Positions 47,518-64,000 of a DNA stretch of 64,000 bases are shown here, piece after piece (position 1 is the first letter of the stretch; each line of letters begins with the position of its first letter). The notes below the pieces were generated by a model that saw only the letters and a program-made list of their open reading frames with translations, was not told where the DNA came from and did no database searches. The stretch comes from the human T2T-CHM13v2.0 reference genome, Homo sapiens: assembly GCF_009914755.1 (NCBI RefSeq), contig NC_060926.1; one strand, 5' to 3'. A program made the translations under genes and the position numbers.

Positions 47518-47759
47518 AAAGGAGTTGCTATCTGTCTGACCATTCCTTTGTGTCTGGTGCCATGCTAGGCACTTTACAGGTGCTGTCTTAATCTACTCCA
47601 AGTCACTCAGTGAAACCCACTAGCTTATAGGTGAGGCATAGGTGAGCTTAAGTGACCTATCCAAAGTCACAGGTCTGGGAAATGGCAGAGCCATATCTGA
47701 ATTTAGGTCTAATTAAAGACTGGTGGTTTCTGAAACACTCTGAGACACAAGAGTGCTCA

Positions 47760-47918
<159 letters not shown>

Positions 47919-50198
47919 TCAGAGTTGCCGTTTGAGACAGTGAATCTTTAAAATCACCAAGTTCAGCCCACCCTATTCTTTTCTATCCTTACTTTTTTAG
48001 TTTTAAATAGTTTCTATTGGAAAGGAAAATAACGTTAAGGAAAAACTGATAACAAAATGCCCATAATCCCACCAGCTTAACACAATTCTTCATATGTACA
48101 TACATGTACAGATAATACCCACAATTTTATATTCTGGTTTTTAAAATTAGTGTTGTATCATAAGTAATTTTCCAAGTTTATATTGGTTTTCCTAATTATC
48201 ATTTTTAAATGAATGGCCAGTAGCTTTTTGAGTCAATCTTAATTAAATTAACTAATTCAATTTATTTTACTATTGGCCATTTAAGTTATCTCTAACTCTG
48301 CCGTTATCCATAATGCTCTTTATATCTCTTGTCAATTTTGTTTCTCCTATTAAATTGTTTCCTTAGGAAAAATTCCTAGGAGTAGAATTTCTGGATAAAT
48401 AGCATGATATTTTGGTATTTTCAAATGCATTTTAAATGCTGAAGTATTTTAAAGTACATCACACCGTAGTGTAATTCCATCCCTAAATACTTCAGGAGGT
48501 AAGAAGTCTGAAAAATAAGAACATTTTTCTACATTGCCAAAATAACATTTCGCAGCCAAGAAAATTAATAGCAATTCTTAATACCCTCAAACACTCATCC
48601 CATACTTGAATCCCCCCAATTATCCCCTTAATGTCCTTCACAGTTGGTTTCTCCACACCATGTTCCATCCCAGAATCACCCATAACATCTAATGGATAGG
48701 TCTCTTCAATTTCTAAAAATTTAAAGCAGTCCTTTTCTTATGACAGTGACTTGCTGCAGAGCACAATTCAGTTCTTCTCTAGTTTTCTAGAACAGACCAT
48801 TCAACATTTGGTTCTTGATACAGGTTGCCAGTAGTTTGGAGTAAGTGCTGCACTGACTCACACCACCATATGGAACCCACCCACAGCTCCAAGAGCATGC
48901 CGTGTTCTTACTGAGGACATTTTAGTTTTTTGGCCTCTTTTCTTGCTAATTTATTAAAGATAAAATGATATTTCAGACACTTGAAATTACATTTCTTTGA
49001 TTACTAAAGAGGATGACTATTTCCCCGTGTGTTTATTTACAATGTATGAGTTTAATGCACGTTTATGGGATAAACCAATAGTGTGTGCTGAAAATCACTG
49101 GTTGAATCTGCACATAAAATATATGTCTCTGTATTTACAAACCATGCTGGGGGGGCTATAGTCATCATTTATTATAGCACACAGGAAACAAGCTTTTGTT
49201 AGTCTGTACCTGTTCCCTGATTGAATTTAACATCTATTAGTCTCACTATGTATTATCTTATTTATCCTGAAAACATTCCTACAGTAAAGTAGCATTATTC
49301 TCATCTACAAATGAAAACACTGAAATATTAAAAAAAAAAAACTTGTCTCCTGAATTTTGTGGGGTTGTGTTAAGAACAGAACTTCTGAGTTAATTTGCAC
49401 TATATTTTCTCTCTGAATAGAGTGCAGAGTAGGTAGGACTGAACCCAGGATAATCACATATAATCCCAAGACCAGCTGCAGATTCATGCCTTCTCATGAT
49501 GCTCATTCAAGTTCAATGCAGCCTTCTCCAGTCAATGGAAATAGTGTACTAAGTAAACTCTGTGCTAGTGAATAACATATAATACAATTTAAAATTTCTA
49601 AGCTGAGGCCATGGCATATGGGAAAGGGGCCAATTTAAATGGTGGTAACCACAGGAGAACAGGCAAATTTGGCCAAGGCAAACTTTCTGAAAAAGTCAGC
49701 CTAAGTGTAAAATCACTCAGGTTTATGATTTTTAAGTTAAAATACTAGGTAACATCACAGGCCCCCATTTTGGACTACCCTGAGCTTATGAAATCTTCCT
49801 ATCTTTGGGGTTTACATAAAAATACCAGTAAGTATGGGAAAATGTCTTCATGTTTTGCTGACTGATGATGGTGATGATGACAATGATGATCATTGCATTT
49901 TATTTTGTATAGTTATTTTCAGTTTCAGTTTCTTTCATTTGATCCTCAGGACAATCCTGCAGTATGCATAGGGCCAGTTTACAGGTGAGGCAACTACGCT
50001 CAGAGAAGATACTCTCAGCTTACCCAAGACCACAGGTGAAGTAATAATGGAGGTTGACTTTGAGCCACCGATTTTTCCCTTCTGAGGCTTCTCACTTTGA
50101 TATTTGTCATGAACTCCCATAATGCTGACCTCAAAACTATTTTCCCTATCAAATGTATACTTCAGTTATACAGTTCAGTTAAAATATTATACTACCTA

Positions 50199-50907
<709 letters not shown>

Positions 50908-52243
50908 TTGTTCATGTCAGAGGTGAAAGACCCATAGCAAAGAAGGTGGGAAAGGTAGTTTGTGCCACTGTATTAACTTGTTTTTGTTAGACTTCCATTT
51001 TAGCAATCTTACAGTATAAAAACAAAGAAAATAAAATTTCTCATATAGTTCTGCTCAGAAAATATCTAATATTCTTTCTGTTGTATGAAATGAAACACAG
51101 CTATTGCCAGAGGGAATTTTAAGATAATGCACAAAATTATTGATAATGAGGTGTTTTAATTTACAAGGTACCCATCTAAACACAAACCTGGTTTCTAACC
51201 TGACCACTATTGGCTGAGTGCCCTGGGATATAACTTATTTAACCAGGCATCTGTGAATGGACATTTGTTCCATTCAAACAACGCATATTCCTGGGCATGC
51301 ATCTTTGTACACTTGTCTGATTACTGACTCCAGATAAATTCCTAGGAGAATTCCTAAGTCAAGCGATATGCATATTTTAAATATTGGTGCATTTCTATAG
51401 GGTCCAGAAAGGGAGTACCAATTAATATCTGCAACATTTTCTGAAATGTAAACATATATGAGTTAAACCAATAGAGCATTCTGTCCTAAGGCTGCTTTCC
51501 CCTCTAGGGGTCCTGTTCTGTCGGCTTGAACTCAAATGGTTTCCCTTTCCCTGTAAAGCATGGAGCTGTGCATAACACTGGCACCCCCCTTCTGCTGTGG
51601 GTCATCTAATGTAGCCAGTTGTGGCCTCAACTGTCACAAGAACTCAATGGTGCATCACAATCCATTCTGAAGGATTCCATGTTAAATTATTATTGAGAAG
51701 CAAAATACTGTTTAAAATGACTTAGATTTCTTGTTGATGATGAGGTTTATGTTTGCTTGATTTGGTTTGATTTTTAGTAAATTAAAATAGATTCAATGAT
51801 AGCTCAACAATGGCGCACCACTTACACTGGCATGTGCTTTTCTCAGTAGAAAGAAAGAGCTGGAATGACAACCTGCAGCTGTAGTCATTGTGAGTGGTTA
51901 TTGCGAATGCATCATTTTAAATGATAGAGGGTGCAAAATGGTCCAGATTTTAATTGTTTGCAATATTCATTTTTGAGTTTGCCAAAATATGGGCATGCCT
52001 GGGGAGTTTATTATTGTGTCAACATCATCGGTCACATGAGCCATGATGGAAAAATGATTGTGAATCCCTAGTATGTAACCCTGGTGTTCTTCTAGGCCAG
52101 GCAAGAAATGCTATGGAAGTGTTTATATATAACCCGTTTTATCTATACCTTAATGCACAAAGGGGTAAGAAAATATTGATACGATCATTGCCAGCTAGAA
52201 GTAATTGTTCTGCTTTTCAAACTAAACTACTTTTTTTGTTTTA

Positions 52244-52372
<129 letters not shown>

Positions 52373-52522
52373 TTAGACAATTTAATTTGGTCTCATACAG
52401 GTGACAATAACGTTTATGGTATTTGTATAGCTTATCTTCAGATATTTTAGGAGAGTGTTTTTAAATACTTTTATTCTAAATAAGAACAAATAGAAATATA
52501 GATGCAAGATGCAATTTACATA

Positions 52523-52523
<1 letters not shown>

Positions 52524-52564
<41 letters not shown>
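52524..52564 (+). repeat. (CA)20 microsatellite
   Basis: Perfect CA run. Confidence 0.97.
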
Positions 52565-52566
<2 letters not shown>

Positions 52567-54124
52567 TTTTAGAATACATCACAATCATAAGGATCTCCAG
52601 GTATTGATAAGTTTGAGTTTTTAAGTCCTGAAAAAAATTTCAACTTTAGGTTTCTATTTAAGAAATTATTTGGCATTGAGTGGCTATATCCTTATGTTTT
52701 AGAAACCAAAATCAAAAATTGTAACTGTTTTCACTGCTGCAATCATATTTCAAGCTCTTTTATAAGGCAGCTCAACTCAGTGTCCTTGCAAAAAGAAAAT
52801 CACAAAGGCATACTGCATTGATGACAAGAGATGGCACATTCAAAAGCCACTGTAGGCCATGACTCCCACAGTCCCACAGAGCTACTGGTCACTCCATAAT
52901 GCTTCCAGACACAAGGACCTACATTATGGTTGGGAGCCAGTTTGAAGTGGAGGACTCAAAATGGAGTGGGAGGAAAGGCAAGAAAATAGATGGGGTTTCA
53001 AGAGAATTACAGAGGTAAGTTAGATGTATCTTATAGTAACTGCCCATTTACACTCCTTTCTAAAGGAGTTCCACCAGCACCTTGTGGAAGTCTTTCTCCT
53101 ATCTGATTTTACTCATAATAATGGCCAATTGCTTGAGGGGTGGGATTCTGGCCCATTCCAGGTCAAACAAGTCTTTCCTTGAGAAGATGGAATAAGAAAG
53201 TGAGAATTTGAAGTCCTTGGCTACTAGGGCAGAAACCAAAAGCATTATCATGAGCTGTCCTGATGTAGAACATATTGGAGTACAACCCAACATATCCAGA
53301 AATATCCAGAAAAGATACTGTGTAGACAGAGATGAAGCCAGTTGGTAGACAGGTAAGTGAAAAAATAGACCATGGGAAAAAGTGAGAAACCATGGATTGC
53401 CTAAGGGCTAGGGTTCCTTTAGCTTTGGCAGAACTATGTCTCCTATCTGTGGGATCCATGAGACATCTTTGACTCCAGGTATTTTGAGTGCATTTCAATT
53501 CCTTTTAAGCATGGCCCAATACAAGCAAGAAGGAAGTGAGAAGAGGTAGGTTTTTACTGTGAAAGAATGGTAAAGAGACTAATAAATGTATAGGTAAGCA
53601 GAAAAGGAGTGACTTCTGAACCCCGAAGTTATAAAATATCAAAATCAAATATAAAACTTTTTCCATTTGTAACCATTTCCCAAGAAGGGATCTATATTAT
53701 TCTTTCTGAAGAAATAAGCCCACACAGGTCATGTTTGTTATAGCATTTAGTATATTATTTATAGAGTGTCTCTCAAAGTAGTAAGGCAGAGAATTGTAGG
53801 TCGTTCATTAATTAGTATTTTATATTTTAAATTTCTTTTAACTTATATCAAAATAAAGGATAACTGCATGTTAACCTGTGAATTTACAGCTAGTTACGCT
53901 AAGGCTAAGGTTAAAAAGGTAAATCATTTTAAAGTAGATTTAAAGAAAAATATTAACCCAATGGTATACCAAGATAGTAAAACTATTAAAGGTTTTATGC
54001 AAACATTGCAACTAAGATATCCTGCTCTTTGTTTGTTTACTTGTTTGTCTGAATAAAGGGTTAATGAAGCCTCTCTTTCACTAGAATGTTAGGTGTGTTA
54101 CAATGCAGCACTGTTTTTGACACA

Positions 54125-54335
54125 AGGTAAACTAAGGCCCGTGGGGCCAAATCTAGCCTGCAGCCAATTTTGCAAATAAAGTTCTATTGGAAAACAGCCA
54201 CACTCCTTTGTTTACATATAGCCTATGGCTGCTTTCACACTATAACAACACAGTTGAATAGTTGTGACTGAGACCATATGGCCCAACAAGCTGAAAATTG
54301 TTATGATCTGGCCCTTTAGGAAAAAAATATTTTGC
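54125..54335. mobile_element. MER58A-like hAT relic
   Basis: aaactaaggcccgtggggccaaatctagcctgcagcc...aaataaagttctattggaaaacagccacac...atctggcccttta. Confidence 0.7.
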
Positions 54336-54869
54336 TATAGTAAAAAAATAATAATAATAAAAAAAAACCCAATTGTAAATTACATCTATCTTGGGACTTC
54401 TTAAGTGAACTCTTAGCACCTGCTGGAAAGTCATGGCTTTAGCCTCTATGTCCTAACTGGGACTCTAAAAGCTGTACTTATGAAGTCCTTAGAAAAGATA
54501 CTGGCTCCTGTGGGACATAGGGTTTCTAAGCCAAGGTGGGCACTGCCCACTGACATGGATCTGTTCTCCCTGCAACTGAGCTGTTACTTGAGGGGCTGCA
54601 GTCACTCCATGGACTGCTGCTGGGACTCTCACAGAGGAGGAAGACACGAAGAGCCTGCAGGCATGCTGTTTTCTATCTGATACCCTTGGATCTGAGTGAC
54701 AACTGTAGAACATTTGGATCTTGAGTGTTTGACTGTCTAAGAAGAGCCCCTTGGGTGTTGCAGTTTCTTTGATACACTTTGCTTATCATGTAAAAGGCAC
54801 TTGTTTACAATGTTATAAACATTCGGGACTATGCATTTGACAGATGGCTTCTGTATCTCCAAACCATAC

Positions 54870-54933
54870 CTTTAGGTCCTCTTGCTCCATCAATTCCTGA
54901 AAATCCAGGGGGACCTGGAGAACCTGGCTCACC
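54870..54933 (-). CDS. COL4A4: COL4A4 exon 34
   Basis: actgtcag|GGT...AAG|gtatgg; 64 nt; [21 protein letters not shown](G). Confidence 0.97.
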
Positions 54934-55727
54934 CTGACAGTTTAATGAAACAAAAGGCCTTAATCAGATTTCAAATACAAATGGCACATGCACAACACGA
55001 TCCAGTTGTAATTTTCTGTAACTAATTTGGTTTTTGTAATCTGCAGTGGTAACGAAAGTTGAAATGCATGCAAGCCTCCCACTACATGTATCTAGTTTTT
55101 CAAAGTTGATATAGCTTCTCCAGAATTAGAGTTCTCAGTCGCAACTGGTAGCATCCCATTCTCTACACTTGGTTGTGAAACAGTAATTGTGTTACTAATT
55201 TGAATTTTAAATTACAAATAAACAAGTTGATACTAAATAAAATAGTATTATAAATCACAGCATATGAAAGACTTTACAAATCCATTTCATTCCAAAAGAT
55301 GGATAGTGAGTTACGTGTTTTCCAGAAGTATAATGTTGGCAACTACATGTATTGTACCTCCTGGATTCTGAAAGGGTATTTTACTCATGGTTGTGAAGAC
55401 GAAATATATTGAAAGCAAAATCTGTGATATCTGAAACTGGAAGACTTTAAAGACAGGATTTGGGTGATTTTTCAGGACGACTTTCATTCCAGTAAACCAG
55501 TGGTCATGAGGCAAGTCTTCATGGGTGGTTTAAACCAGGCTGGGAGATAGCGATTATATGACTCTATGTTAGGGGAACCAGGCAGGAGCACTGGTCAGAA
55601 ATGTCAGTTTCATCGTGGCCTTCTAGAAGGCTCTATTTTCTCCTTGAGCTACACCTTACATTCTAAAAGCCAGTGAAAGGGCAATGTTATATACGCTGGC
55701 AAATTATAGCTCCTTACGGACATCCTA

Positions 55728-56015
<288 letters not shown>

Positions 56016-56716
56016 TTAAGCTGAGGGACCTGGTCCTACTTTTAGGAGATAAAGCCAAAGGTATTGAGGATTCTGATTGCTGTCCCAAGCCGCTTCCTGA
56101 TCATTTCTGGCTTCAGTGACCTCACTGATGAAAGAAGCTGCCTGGGAATATCTAAGGACTATCAGAGGTGGGAAGGAGCACACAGGATTATTTGCCTCCG
56201 CTGCTTATTTTACAAATGAAGAAGCACTTACCCAGAAAAGTTAAAATATTTGCCCTCTAACAACTAGCTGAGAGAAGCCAAGATGAGCACCTCATGCAGA
56301 CTAAGTCTGACCTTGGAGGAGCACACAAATGGGGTTGTCAAAAATCCTCGCTCTGCAATGTTTCTGTGGACCATTAGCATGGGCATTGGGGTGTCTGTTA
56401 GAAAGGCAGGATACCTGGCTGCCCCAGAGCTGCTGAATCAGAATCTGCATTTTAACAAGCTCTCCAGGTGATTAATGTGCTCTGAAGTTTGAGAGGCACT
56501 GGTCACAATGACTTGAACAGTCATTGCGCTATTCACTTTAAAACCAACTACCAAACCTGAAACCAGTATTTTATGTATAGCTCAGGTTGATCCCAGTTTA
56601 GAATATCCAAATCTAGGAATACACAGGAACTTCAGCTAAATTTTAGCATGGAGAAGCAAAAAATGTACCACAAGGTTTATTTGTGTTTATTTATATCTAA
56701 AAAAAATGGCCTTTTC

Positions 56717-57227
<511 letters not shown>

Positions 57228-58284
57228 TTATGCAAGAACAAAATGAACAGGAACATCACACACATAATTTATCCATTACTACATTTCACTCCCAAATCGC
57301 AAATTCCCACTTAACCTACGAAGCTGTATTTATGTAGATCACAAAATGTCACCATCGTTGGCTGATTTCCTAAAGGAAGGTCAGTCATCTTTTACGTTCC
57401 TGACCCCACTTGTCCAGCCACAGAGTCTGGTGTGCCAGGAGTGCTCACTGAATGTTTGCCAAATTCAACCAAACTGGTCGGGGTCTTCACTGAGGTTAAG
57501 ACAGATTTGAAAAGTTCCAGTCTACAAAAAATGTCGCTTTGTTCTATAAAATTTGGATTTGCCCATCTCATATTTCCAGTTCCATATCTCCTCCTAGCCA
57601 TCCTCTCTTACTTTCCTTATATTAAAAGAACAGACACTTATCTCAATGTGGTACCCCTCACACTGACTTCTGAAAGGTAGGAAGGGCATACCGTACTTCT
57701 GCCTGATTTTGCAAACACTGGCCAGCTGTAGCAATGTGCAGGCGTGGGCTCCTACCAGCTTGACGAGTGCCAGTTACCACAATTCAAGAACCCTGCAAGC
57801 CAGTTGTTAAACGATTGCTAACTTTAAATCAGCCGTGGCAGGAGTATTTATGCCATGACACTCAGCAAACACTATAAACCACGGTGCTTTTTTTTTTTAA
57901 TTTCAAAGAACTAGTTTACTAGCCCATCACTGGCGTTAGTCCAAATTTTAATTTTTAGTGGGATAATTGTATAGTAGCATAATAGCACAGCAAACATCAC
58001 TTATCTAAGCTAGCAAAGAGTGACTCTTTGATTCTTTGATTCCACATAAATAATTTACAAGCTAGTAAAACAAAAAATTGTGGTAGAATCAATCAACTAA
58101 GAAGAAAAGGTAATTTTAATTCAATATGAGGCTACTTGCCCAAAAGGCCTTAAGGGCAAAAATCCTTGGGTCTGAAAATTGTCAAGCATTTTTTCTCAAC
58201 ACTGGAAAGGAAATACTACCTTCACCCATTAGTGCCACAGGACTAAGGAGTAGGAGTAAATATTTAACAGGGATGGGGACATAA

Positions 58285-58645
<361 letters not shown>

Positions 58646-58721
58646 AGAAAACTTTTTTTTTCAAATGAAGCTTGGGGAAACTCTACTCGTGGCCCAGATG
58701 AAAGTGGACTCATGGTAGTTG

Positions 58722-59056
58722 AGAAGTTGGCAAACTGCAGCCCATGGGCCAAATCCTTCCTGCTGCCAGTTTCTGTACAGCACATGAGATGCGAATGATT
58801 TTTACACTGTGAAATGGTTGAGGGGTAAAACTCAAAAACAAGGTAATATTTCATGGTGTGAAAATTATATGAAATTCAAACCTTAGTATCCATAAATACC
58901 ATCTTACTGAAAATTGTATTTTATGTTTGTTTCTGTGTTGTCTATGTCTGCTTTCATGCTACAAAAGCAGACTTGAGTCGTTTTGACAGAGACCAGATGG
59001 TCTGCAAAGCCTGAAATTGTTATTATCAGGCTTTTTACAGGAAGAACTTACCAACT
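58722..59056. mobile_element. MER58B-like hAT relic
   Basis: gttggcaaactgcagcccatgggccaaatcc...gacagagacc...gcaaagcctgaaattgttattatc. Confidence 0.7.
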
Positions 59057-59388
59057 TCTGTTCTAACTGAAACAGAGGTTGGAGAACAAGAGCCCCCTTT
59101 CCCAAAAGGTGAGAAAGTTCTTTGAAACCTAGAAGCTATAAATCAGTGCATTAAGAACCACTTGTTAATTCTTTTTCAATTAATAGAGCAATTCATTTGC
59201 CATCTATATGTAATAAGATTAAGAGGTAAAGAAAATGAATTTTGTTTAAAATTCTAAAACAAATACCATAGAACTAAAAGGAGGAGGAATCCAAGCTTCA
59301 GACAAGTCCTATTTTATTTTTCAGAGATCACATTTCTAGGTTTGGATCAAATACCAGAAACAAATGCATGTTGCATGGCTGTATTTTA

Positions 59389-59890
<502 letters not shown>

Positions 59891-60035
59891 TAGGAAAACA
59901 TTTTACAGGCTAGTATGATTCTTATATATTGTGTTCCTCGTAGTTCATCTACAGATGCAAACTCCTGCCTAACGCTGAGTTTGTATTCAAAGTAAACAAT
60001 TGCCAACCTCACTGCACTTAGTAGCTGGGCTCAGT

Positions 60036-60338
60036 TGGGCACGGTGACTCAGACCTGCAATCCTGGCACTAGGGAGACCAAGGCAGGAGGATCTTTGAGG
60101 CCAGGATTTCAAGATCAGCCTGGCTAAAATAGCGAGATCCTGTCTCCTAAAAAAAAAAAAAAATTAGGCGTGGTGGCACATGCCTCTCAGGAGGCTGAGG
60201 TAGGAGGATCACTTGAGCCCAGGAGTTCAAGGCTGCAGTGAGCTATGATCCTGCCACTGCCCTCTAGCCTGGGCTACAGAGCAAGCCTCTGTCTCCTAAA
60301 AAAAATAATAATAATAAAATAAAAAAATAAAATAAAAA
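60036..60338 (+). mobile_element. Alu (AluJ-like)
   Basis: gaggatcacttgagcccaggagttcaaggctgcagtgagctatgat; A-rich tail. Confidence 0.88.
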
Positions 60339-60740
60339 TTCCATGCTCTGCCGCCCCATCCTCAGTTTCCTACCTACAGACCTGAAGTGTGGGCCCTGAT
60401 GTGTCTGAGTCCTAATCCCCTAACAGGGGGTAGGGATGAGAGTGGGGACCCCCTCCAAAATGAAAATGCACCCTTCCCGACCCTAGGAGTTTACCGTGCT
60501 ACCCAGTCTTCATGAATTCTGTGGCCCTAACACCTACAAACCCCTTTTCCCATTGACCAGTACAGAAACATTTCGCCACTGGAAATAACGATACAGAGGA
60601 CAAGAGCAAGGGAGGCATCATTAAGGGAAGGACAAAGCCAGACTAACAGTTAACTCTTTTTGTGTGGTCATCTGTCCAGTCTTCACTTGGCAGTGGATTT
60701 CATGTTTCTAAGATGGGAGGACATCATGGAAAAAGCACTA

Positions 60741-61160
<420 letters not shown>

Positions 61161-61456
61161 TTAACAGAAAACAAAAAGTAAAAACAAACATTGTATTTGT
61201 ATTTCCTCTTGGTGGAGGGAAACTAATAGAAGAAAACTTTCCAGGTTTTTCCTGAAGCTCTACAGCCGAGAAGAAGTCAGAGCCGGTGTCTAGCATTATT
61301 GGTGCTAGAAATATGGCTGTAGCGGAAAGTTTTGCCTCAATCTGGTTTTAATTTTTCAAGTGCGTATATTACTGCATTTGGATAAAAGCAATGGGATTGA
61401 AATGACAGAGTAAACAATGTGAATAGTGAAATGAAGATCATATTGAAAATAGCCCC

Positions 61457-61778
61457 TGCTATGTTCTGAATGTGTCCCTCCAAAATTCATATGTTGAAAG
61501 TTAATCACCAATGTGATAGTATTAAAAGGTGAACACTTGGGGAGGTGATTAAGTCATAAGGGCAGAGCCCTCATGAATAAGATTGGTGACCTTATTAAAG
61601 AGGTGCAAAAGAGCTGTTTGCCCCATCTGCCTGTGAGGACACAAGGAAGGCACACCAGATCTGCTGGCAGCTTGATCTTGGACTTCCCAGCCTCCTGAGC
61701 CATAAGAAATAAATTTCTGTTGTTTATAAATTGCCTAGTTTAAGGTATTTGGTAGAGCAGTGCGAATGGACTAAGGCA
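61457..61778 (+). mobile_element. MLT1A/MST-type (MaLR) solo LTR
   Basis: tgctatgttctgaatgtgtccctccaaaattcatatgttgaa...gaatggactaaggca; near-TSD gcccc/gcctc. Confidence 0.85.
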
Positions 61779-61794
61779 GCCTCCCTGCACCTTG

Positions 61795-62429
<635 letters not shown>

Positions 62430-64000
62430 TCATGACAAAAAACTATACAGATGGCCCATGATGAATTGTTCACGCATATCAATACTGGAGGTGAACATTT
62501 TCATCCTGAATCAGTGTTCAAATGGGTTAAGTCTTTGAATGGATTTTCTTATCATAGATGTAATGAGTTCCTTATGAACAGAGAAACAACGCATTGCTAA
62601 GTGAGTTACTTGATAAGGTTATGTGGACTGTAGTTGCCTATGCAAATAAGAAACCACTTGGTTCTTCCTAATTTTAATTAACCTCTAACTTTGCATCAGG
62701 CTTTACACCAAATCTCTACAATATTTACAAACCCAGTTTGCACTGTATGAATTTGCATTTTATGAGAGATTTCATCACTTGTATTCTCAAATTTCTACTC
62801 ACTAGAAAGACAGGGTCATAATCTTCAGGAAAGAACATCCCCCATAATTCCACACCCTAACCCAAAAATCTACTTTGTTTTCCTATGTTTTCTTTACATT
62901 TTGGTTCATATGTTTACATTTAAAAATAGTAATCAGTGCAAATTCAGTTGTTGGAGCGCTTCAGATTGCATATTAATCTGCAAACGTTTTCCAGTTTGTT
63001 GCAGTCTTTACAAATATGATTTAAATTGCTAATGGCTGGATGCTATTCCTTTGAGAGATAGAGTGTGTGTGTATGTGTGTGTGTGTGTATGTCTTTGTTC
63101 TTTCCAATTATTCCTCTGCTGTGGATAATACTACAAGGGCATTTTCATATCTATAACCTTCTTCCATTGAACACTTCCCTTAGATATATTTTCACAAGTG
63201 AGATAGTCGGATTACTGGGTCATTATTTTTATTGACTTACATTATGTTTCACCTGTTACTTTCCAATTAATTGTTTCTTTCAATATGAATCTTTTTATTT
63301 ACAAACTTCCATGCAAGCTCCTTGAGGGTGCTAATTCTCCTCCTCTCCTCCATGTGTCCTGTGCTAATGTACTCTAGTGGATGCCTAATAAACACTGGCC
63401 CACCAACTTTTAGAAAAGAACCAGAATGTTCTTTGTAAACAACTGATCTGTGGTTCACATCTTGATCACCATCACCCAAGAGGCCCACTGAAGTTCAGAA
63501 TGTGGGGCCCCACCCCAGAAATAATGAATCAGAATTCCTCAGACTGGGGTCCTGAAGACAATAATTTTAATGAGCTGCCCCACCCCCACTTGGTTATTTT
63601 TAAGTACATTAAAACCTGAAAAACTCCACTGGGGATCCTGAAGGATCCCTACTGATTTCAGAAAAGGATATGAATCAGTGTCCAGGCCATCTTCCTCTCT
63701 TGCGTTTGATGCCCTGCCTGCCACCCCAAATGGAATGAAGGTCCCTCTACCCTGTCTCTTGTGCGAAGACAGCTTGTCCTCTAGGCTCAGCTCATACCCG
63801 GCTCTCCCATAGAGTGTTCCCAGATGCCAGCTCACAGCTCCAGCCTCTAAGCCACTCTTCCTCTCACAATCAGGCCTGCCTACCTTCCACCTGGCAACAG
63901 CCCCAGACAGGTTACACAGTCCCTGCTCTTGGCCTTTGCAGCACCAACATACTAGCTGCGGAATCAAATTGAGTTGAATGAACCACAGTGAGCTGCCCTG

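Overview
Human (primate) genomic DNA, not prokaryotic. The window holds two convergent protein-coding genes. On the + strand are the last coding exon and about 3.7 kb of 3' UTR of RHBDD1 (rhomboid protease RHBDL4; C-terminus ...SPPPYGFHLSPEEMRRQRLHRFDSQ*). On the - strand is the 3' half of COL4A4 (collagen IV alpha-4): 20 exons, numbered 29-48 from recalled gene structure. All have GT/AG boundaries and splice into one 2690-nt open frame of Gly-X-Y repeats followed by the NC1 domain; one is a 9-nt microexon. Introns and intergenic DNA carry about 20 Alus, four L1 3' fragments, solo LTRs (THE1, MLT1-type, LTR40), hAT MER elements, an L2 relic and several microsatellites. Most six-frame ORFs are noise from repeats or antisense Gly-X-Y exons. 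I found no convincing previously undescribed biological system. The best second-look items are the microexon, an LTR40 end that supplies the +6 base of a splice donor, an L2-derived poly(A) signal for RHBDD1, a 64-bp perfect AT-rich palindrome, a local 175-bp templated duplication and two L1 insertions with unusual 5' junctions. Repeat family names come from recalled consensus similarity and should be confirmed with RepeatMasker/Dfam.
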